Of a stretch of DNA of 64,000 bases, positions 56,451-64,000 are shown one piece after another. The first letter of the stretch is position 1. Every line of letters starts with the position of its first letter. A program made the position numbers and the translations under genes. Source of the DNA: Eledone cirrhosa (lineage: Eukaryota). Under the pieces are notes generated by a model. The model ran no database searches, had not been told where the DNA came from, and was given only the letters and a program-made list of their open reading frames with translations. The DNA lies in contig OZ024743.1 in NCBI GenBank assembly GCA_964016885.1, positions 290,594,001 through 290,658,000 on the forward strand, written 5' to 3'.

Positions 56451-59255
56451 CAATTTTACAAGGATGTGATTCTTAATGTTTGTTTGCGAACACATAATTA
56501 ATTATTCAGGCATTATGTGCCTTATTTACTCTGATACTTCATCATTTCTGATAACCCAACCAATTTCATTCATTTCTTCATTTAAATTCTTATTATACAT
56601 AATCATATATTCATACAGTTACTTATGGACAATTATATTGATGCTTGGTATTGCTTGAATTGACATACATCACCGGAAAAATCAGAGAAACAGGAATAAC
56701 ACAAATTAGAGCAATCAAAGCAAGTACTTATATTATCGACGGAAGGCAGTTCTGGAATAAGCTAATGTGGATAATCCAATTAGACCTTTGCGTTTGGAAT
56801 GACTCTGATGTCAAAGTAATGTTGTTTAATAGTAAATGTCAGTACATCAGTTATTTAATTCTCCTTTATCCATAAATATCTCGGCGCCAACATTGCTGAC
56901 ATGGGGCTGACGGCTAGGGCTCTAAAGCACATTATTACAACGAAGCGTTAGGTAGAGCTGGGTATAGAAATAAAATTAAATATATTGATAATAATAAGAG
57001 CTCTGCCGTCATAATACGAGCTCTGCCGTCAGGGTTAAACTTTTTTCTATTACCCACTCTACTACCCCAAGTATTGACTAGTCTGGTGCGTTATGGTCCA
57101 TCTGGTTCATTACTACACTTCCTTCGTTATATATATATATTTATATACATATGTACACTCACAAAAAACAACAGTTTAAAATGTCTTAACTGAGAGTATT
57201 CGTTTTCGGTATAATTGTGTTTCTACTGAATGTCCTACTATAATTAGCTTATTTCCTTGTAGTCCTACAGTGTTCGCATCAACGGCTACCTTTATGGGTC
57301 TGTGTAAATTCCACTGTGTGTATGTTTCTTTGGGTGTGCGAATTGCTAGCAGAGTGTATAGTAGTGGTTAATATGTACGTATTTCATTTTAGCAGTTGTT
57401 ACCAGGTATCTACTTCTAGTGTTAGTGTAAGCCTTGCTTAGAGTCTATACACCCGGGAAAATGTGCCGTCTTCGCCGTCAACATTTTCTTATTCAGAATG
57501 TCTATGCTGAATCTCAGTTAGAAGCACATTATATTTCTGGATAAATCGACAGGCATGATATACCATTATATCGCTTGAATGTTTTAGTAGTAAGTAACAT
57601 AACCAAAGAAAACTGAATCTACATCAACTATATTAAAAATGATGGATATAAGCTGGATATAAACACAACTGGATATAAACACATTATTTTAAATGTTAAC
57701 AAATAATGGCTATTTGTGTCTCGTTTTTAACTTTCCATGTTGTACAATTAGTCAGTGTATTCTGTCGATTAAATCATTGTAACAAACTATATATAACCAA
57801 CGATGTCCATCAATAAGGAAGATATTGTTTTAAAATGTGTTTCAATGGTGAATATCTCATTTAGTTTTTCTGAGTGACAAAGTCATTACAACCTCTTCAC
57901 TCAGGTTAAATCTTGACATGTGTTATCAGAAAGTATCTTATAAAAGATTTCGTAAATAAACTATTTTTATTTTACAAACCTGATTGGCTATTATATCTAT
58001 ATCAATATAACAGCGTGGTTCAGAATAAATTTGTTAATGGACCCATTAGGTTTATGTATAATAAACGTACATAAAATATCACTCCAAGTATTTTAAACTG
58101 TTATCATGTAAAAATAGCATCAGTGTAGTTGCTGCTGACTACATGTATTTCAAGGTTTCTAGCGGTTATTTACTTCGGCATACTAAAAGATAAACGGCCC
58201 AATCTCAAGAAATTTCTAGACAATCTAATTTTGGTTATTTACACAGAAGGAGCCTATGTTTATGTTTATTATTCATGAAAATATTTAATATGGATCTATA
58301 TAAAAATTAATATACATTTAGATGTTCGGTTAACAGATTAATATTAGTGATGTTATTTTATTTTATTTTATTTCGTATTAGAAGCAAATATATTAATATC
58401 TAAACAGTTATATCCACTTCAACGTAAACATACATATATACGAGGCAAATTGACCGACTCGTTAGCGCGTAGAAGCGAAAGCCTTGCGATATTTATATCA
58501 GCATTCCCCGCTTTGATTTCAAATCGCGCCGAAGTTATGAATGATATTGATAATTTAGAGAGAGTTAAATAAATTAAGTTTCGAAAACTTTGGTCAATGA
58601 TTCTAATCACTTGCTTTATTCATCTTTCTAACGCTGTTTCTCTCATTTGAAGGAATTGGGCGCAATAATATATAGAAAGTGAAGGATTCACTCAGAATTG
58701 AAAACTTACAAGACATCGTAAATCTTCAGTGCTTCTAGAACCTCATAAAAATTTGGCGTAACGGGATGCATGAGAACGAGATGATATATCGTAGTAAATG
58801 ATTCCCGGTCTTCCATTTCGAGTTTAAATGTTTGAACAGAAGCACAGTTTAAGTATAGCATTATATCATACTTAATATATATATAAAACATCGACCTACG
58901 TATTATACGTTCCAAATTCATGCGCACCTTATAAGAATATATGCTGCATTAAGTCGATGAAAATATTTTGAAGTTACATGTTTCCTTCTTCTAAGAACAT
59001 TGAATGTTACTTCCTTTTACATCGGTTGCTTCGACGTCATCGTCATTATCTGCTACATTACGTTTATTTTTTTTAGACTTATCTCTATCATCTCTGTCAT
59101 CGTCCATTTCTTTTCAGTTTATACTTCTTTTTAATTCAATGCATGTATAATTACATATATCTCTGTTTCACAATGTATTTCTATGCATATTTCATACACA
59201 CACACACATGTATATGTACACACACACATATATATATATAAGTGTGTGTCTCTGT

Positions 59256-59304
<49 letters not shown>

Positions 59305-59437
59305 GATGTGTGTGTGTATGTGCGTGTGCGTGTGCGCATGTGTGTGCGTGTATGTGTCGGGTTCATTAGGGCGTAATCACAATAGGTAATGTATTCAATA
59401 TAGACATCAACATTTAATTTCGAAATGGTTTCAACGA

Positions 59438-59530
59438 GACTAGAATTGTTTGATTCGAAGGAAACCGTCGGCCTTCCTGATAATTTCTTTCCAATAAAGC
59501 AGTTCTAGTCCTGCAGAAGCCGTTTCTATA
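59438..59530. mobile_element. head-to-head HHR palindrome family, diverged copy 5
   Basis: gactagaattgtttgattc.. / ccttcctgataatttc..cagttctagtcctgcagaag. Confidence 0.65.
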
Positions 59531-59804
59531 TACATTTTGTTATATATTTGTATATATATATATATACACATATATGTGTTTGTGTGTGTGTATGTCTGTG
59601 CGTGCGTGTATATGTGTGTGTGCGATGCATACTTACATTTATGTATCATCTGTGCTAGGGCGAGAAATATAATTCTAATTTTATTTTTACTATTCAGCAA
59701 GGCCACCCATAACTCTCTCGGTATGCAAATGAGGCTACTCAGCGGATGTGTACTTAAGAAAATACTATACATTTTCAACAGTCCAACAGATTGGCAGAGG
59801 TATA

Positions 59805-59845
59805 CAGTCCTGAAGAAGGGTAATGGCCCAGAAATATGTTGATTG
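59805..59845 (+). ncRNA. orphan minimal hammerhead
   Basis: cagtc-CTGAAGA-a ggg taatgg ccc a-GAAA-tatg-TT-gattg. Confidence 0.6.
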
Positions 59846-60051
59846 TTCCTCAAAGCCAGTGTTAAACAAACAGGCGATGACCAGTCACCAGCACGACACA
59901 GCTTCAAATCGAGTCTCGTTTACACGTGAATCAAACATTATTATTTATATTCCATATAAACCATATGTACATAAGCCATATGTATATGTGTGTCTGTATG
60001 TGTATATATATATATATATGTGTAGGTGTATATACTTACATTTATATATAA

Positions 60052-60127
<76 letters not shown>

Positions 60128-60384
60128 GTAAATATATACACCTACATATATATATATATATTTAATACATTAACAGAGAAAGCTTTTAAGCAATACTCCA
60201 ACCGACTTCCGTCTTACTCAACAAACATTACGATATACCTTAGTATAATCCCAATTATACTTATTTTGCTGATAGCCAGTTGTATTATTTTATATGAGAC
60301 ATAATTAAATACCCCCCCGCCTCCACCACCACCACCTCTCTCTATCTATCTATCTCTCTATATATCTATCTATCTATCTATCTA

Positions 60385-60434
<50 letters not shown>

Positions 60435-60436
<2 letters not shown>

Positions 60437-61410
60437 CAAATGAATGAAGTTAAAATATTTCTTTATATAGCTCTTACACGTGGTTCGCCAAGAAGGCTCA
60501 TCGGAGGCAGAAATTCCAATAGTTTATAAGTATAATTACCGTTGAGAGATTATCCCGTCTCCCTGCATTCTTTTCCAAAATAGTAAACACCATGGCGTCG
60601 GTGAAAGGGACATAACTCGCTAAGGTAGGTTGTTACCCAGTACCTGCTGGATGTCACTCGGTTAATTTTGACCAACTCCAACAATGGGGAAAAAATGTTT
60701 GTAACATTAGCAGGGTGGGTCTAACTCAGTAGAAATCGTGCAGTATTTTACTGGGAAAAAAAATAGACGGTTCAAAGTGTCATTAAACATTGCACACTGG
60801 TATACTTAATGCAGGGGGGGGGGCTGAGTTGGGGTGTGATGTTGAAGGCTTTGGAGGTATGATGCTATTCAGGTCCAAGTTGTATGTTCATAAGTTTAAT
60901 CAATATATGATGTTATTCGGGTTCAGGCAGTAGGTTCATAAGATTATTTTAACCCAGCCCAGCCAAGAGGAAGAATATAGCAAGGTGAGCCCAACTCAGT
61001 AGGTGCTGCGCTGTGTCCCGGTGAAAAACCGATGGGCGGTTGATATTGTAATTAGACGTTGCACAATGGTAAACCTACTGCAGGTGGGTCAGGCCAGGGT
61101 GTGGTGCAGAGAGCTGTAGGGATAGGAAGTTATTCAGGTTCAGGAATCCATCTGTAGAAGGATTATTGCAGTGGGTGGCAACAATTGACGACTGTTTCGG
61201 CACGATTCCGATTATTAATGAGTTCCTGGGGTTCTTGTACTATATAGTATTGCACCATTAGGCAGAGCTGGGAAATTTTCCTGAAATTATACGGCGTTAC
61301 TTGGTCCACAATTTCCCATTGCGTGGTGTAGCTAATGCTGGAGTCGGTTAATTGAGTAATATAATTAGCAAGGGAAGCAGAGTATCTTAGTTTCCTATTC
61401 CTAAATGAGT
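60435..61410 (-). mobile_element. 5'-truncated Naiad-type PLE (EN end + 3' UTR)
   Basis: HSFRNRKLRYSASLANYI..WEIV..QLC..NCCH; decayed HHR cCGATGA-gcc..ggc-GAAc-cacgtg-TA near 60470-60505. Confidence 0.7.
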
Positions 61411-62483
61411 GGAGAAGCAAGTTATATTATATTAGCTAAAATGTTTATAATAGAAATTAATAAAATAATTACAATCATGAAGGATATTGAGAAATGTTTC
61501 AACATTTATTCTTACCATTTACTAGTTACACAATATTTCCTTGTTTATCTAATCATTATTGGCTCCTATTATACCGATTGGGGAGAAATAATGCACAAAG
61601 TTTAAAATAGAAACATAAATGTAGGAAATTAAATATATCGCCTCTCTTTTATTTCTAATTTATCAGCCTCATAATATTGATAATATTTTAATGAAGTTCC
61701 TTCTAGTGTTTCGACGATGAACATTCGATTGTTGGATGAAGTGAAATCCCAAATCTGTATTGATGTGTAAAGTCAGCGATTATTCCACAGACACGAGATT
61801 TCCAAGCTGAAACGTGTTCAATTTCATATGATTTGTCTGAATCTGTCAATTAGAGGTGAACCTATCCAAGAGAATTCTACACAATTAGCATTAATCCAAT
61901 TTCACAAACATCTGATTGAACTCAGTCGTAATTGCGACGCGAACAACTTAACCATCCAGTTAGGCTTACAACTACTTTCATATATAGTCAAAGATGAATT
62001 TCATACCTGCAGCATCAATCTATTGTTTTATTGGATAAAACTATAATTCGAAACCAATGACACAAAGTAGATCAATATGACAAAAAAAAAAAATGAAATC
62101 AGGTTCATATAGTCAAAAATGCTCCTTTAAAAAATAATAAATCTTCAGAAGTTCACCATTTTTACTTATATTTCAGACTGTCAATATGTCATGTTAAAAA
62201 GAAAATTACATGAACAGAAAAATGTGTATATATTGATTGAAAGAAAGGCCTTTATCAAAATGACAATGAAAATTGCTATTTTGTGCACCACAAATATTTT
62301 CATTGCTGTTGTATCTGAAATCCATTGTTTCTGATTAAAATGGGAAAGTACATTTTATGTCTCTACCTCTAGCATATTTACGATACTTCTGCTTACTTCT
62401 TTCTTTCTAATTATGTTTTCATATCTTTTTTATTCCTTATCAGTTATAAAATAAAAATTTACGGTCGCACACAAACAGTTGGT

Positions 62484-62584
<101 letters not shown>

Positions 62585-62798
62585 TATATATATATATAAA
62601 TAACAATATATTTAGAAACACACAGATACACGGCCTCGATATGAATACCCCCTCCGCCTCCGTGGTATTTTCTTCGTGGTTATAAGAGGCTTAGCTCTGT
62701 TTCTCGACCGTTATATCGCGTGAATATCTCCCCCTCCGCCTTTTGGGATTCTTTCTCACGTCGTGTAGACGCGTTCTTGAGACTAGTAAAATGAGGTA

Positions 62799-62888
62799 TC
62801 CTCTTGATAAGTCGGCAGACCTCGCAAGGACTCTATATCTTTATGATATATTGTTTTTGTTTATGCCACGAAACTACGTAGTCGAGGA
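62799..62888 (+). ncRNA. hammerhead with U3-A8 core variant, copy 1
   Basis: tcctc-TTGATAA-gt c ggca..tgcc ac-GAAA-ctacgtag-TC-gagga. Confidence 0.8.
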
Positions 62889-63393
62889 ATTTAGGAGCAG
62901 TTTAGGTATGATACATTTTATTACTAATTATATCTAAATGTTTCTTCTCTCTTCATAATGTATTTTTAACTCTGATACTGGTTCAGTCTAGTTCAACTGA
63001 ATTGGTCTGTCCCAGTCATTCATTGAGCAACATCGGTGAAGTTGGCACCCTTAACTCACAGTTGGGTGCGAATGCATTCATGTATATATGTGTGTGTCCG
63101 CATATATCTGTGTGTTTCTAAATATATTGTTAATAACACCCTCTGGTCGAGCAATCTCTGAAGTGTGGGGACAACTGGAAAGCTTCCATTACTCATACTT
63201 CTCGCCTTCTTCACCACCTCTTCTACGGCCTCGATATGAATACCCCCTCCGCCTCCGTGGTATTTTCTTCGTGGTTATAAGAGGCTTAGCTCTGTTTCTC
63301 GACCGTTATATCGCGTGACTATCTCCCCCTCCGCCTTTTGGGATTCTTTCTCACGTCGTGTAGACGCGTTCTTGAGACTAGTAAAATGAGGTA

Positions 63394-63483
63394 TCCTCTT
63401 GATAAGTCGGCAGACCTCGCAAGGACTCTATATCTTTATGATATATTGTTTTTGTTTATGCCACGAAACTACGTAGTCGAGGA
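63394..63483 (+). ncRNA. hammerhead with U3-A8 core variant, copy 2
   Basis: Same motif 595 nt downstream. Confidence 0.8.
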
Positions 63484-63555
63484 ATTTAGGAGCAGTTTAG
63501 GTATGATACATTTTATTACTAATTATATCTAAATGTTTCTTCTCTCTTCATAATG

Positions 63556-63646
<91 letters not shown>

Positions 63647-63677
63647 TCACGCACATTTACAAACACACACAGACATA

Positions 63678-63767
<90 letters not shown>

Positions 63768-63769
63768 GA

Positions 63770-64000
63770 GGCTCCCATACAGCTCTGAGTTTCTCATCCT
63801 CAGTGTATACTGATTAATGTTCAGAGCCATCCTCAGCATTCTCGTGTAGCACCCATCCACCATCTGAGTGAGTTTCTTGGTAAGTGTCCACGTATCAGGC
63901 TCGTACAGCAGCACAGACTCCACTACAGCAATGAAGAGGCGGATTTTCAAGTGCTTACGAAGGTTTGACTTCCAACTGATCTCAAGCTGTGGCACGCCGC
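63770..64000 (-). mobile_element. RTE-group LINE fragment (post-RT region), runs off the window
   Basis: WKSNLRKHLKIRLFIAVVESVLLY..TWTLTK..DGCYTRMLRMALNI. Confidence 0.8.

Larger units (their letters stand above)
62602..63557 (+). mobile_element. non-coding repeat-unique-repeat element, 595-nt period, HHR in each ~330-bp repeat (retrozyme-like)
   Basis: ~62630-62962 matches ~63225-63557 almost exactly; 62602-62628 is an inverted copy of 63105-63131; (TA)n on both sides. Confidence 0.88.

Noticed and set aside
62743-62937. Identical 64-aa ORFs at 62743 and 63338
   Set aside because: TTG start, no motif, overlaps the HHR; the identity simply reflects the DNA repeat.

Overview
This is repeat-dense eukaryotic DNA with no host gene that I can support. 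The MetaSINE-type tRNA SINE and the (TA)/(CA)/(TATG) microsatellites resemble octopod cephalopod genomes, which is an inference. The window is dominated by Penelope-like retroelements (PLEs) inserted into (TA)n tracts: one young copy with an open RT + GIY-YIG frame (2229-6470, -), three long decayed Naiad-type copies plus fragments, a Poseidon-type copy, and many tiny derivatives. It also holds R4-, CR1/L2- and RTE-like LINE remnants and SINEs. I count about 30 hammerhead ribozyme (HHR) motifs, intact or decayed. They include rare U3-A8 core variants, two non-coding tandem HHR repeats with 420- and 595-nt monomers (retrozyme-like), and a dispersed family of palindromes made of two head-to-head HHRs. 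Many insertions are inverted repeats in which one arm carries an extra terminal tail, pointing to a two-primer integration route. Most ORF-track entries are microsatellite artefacts.
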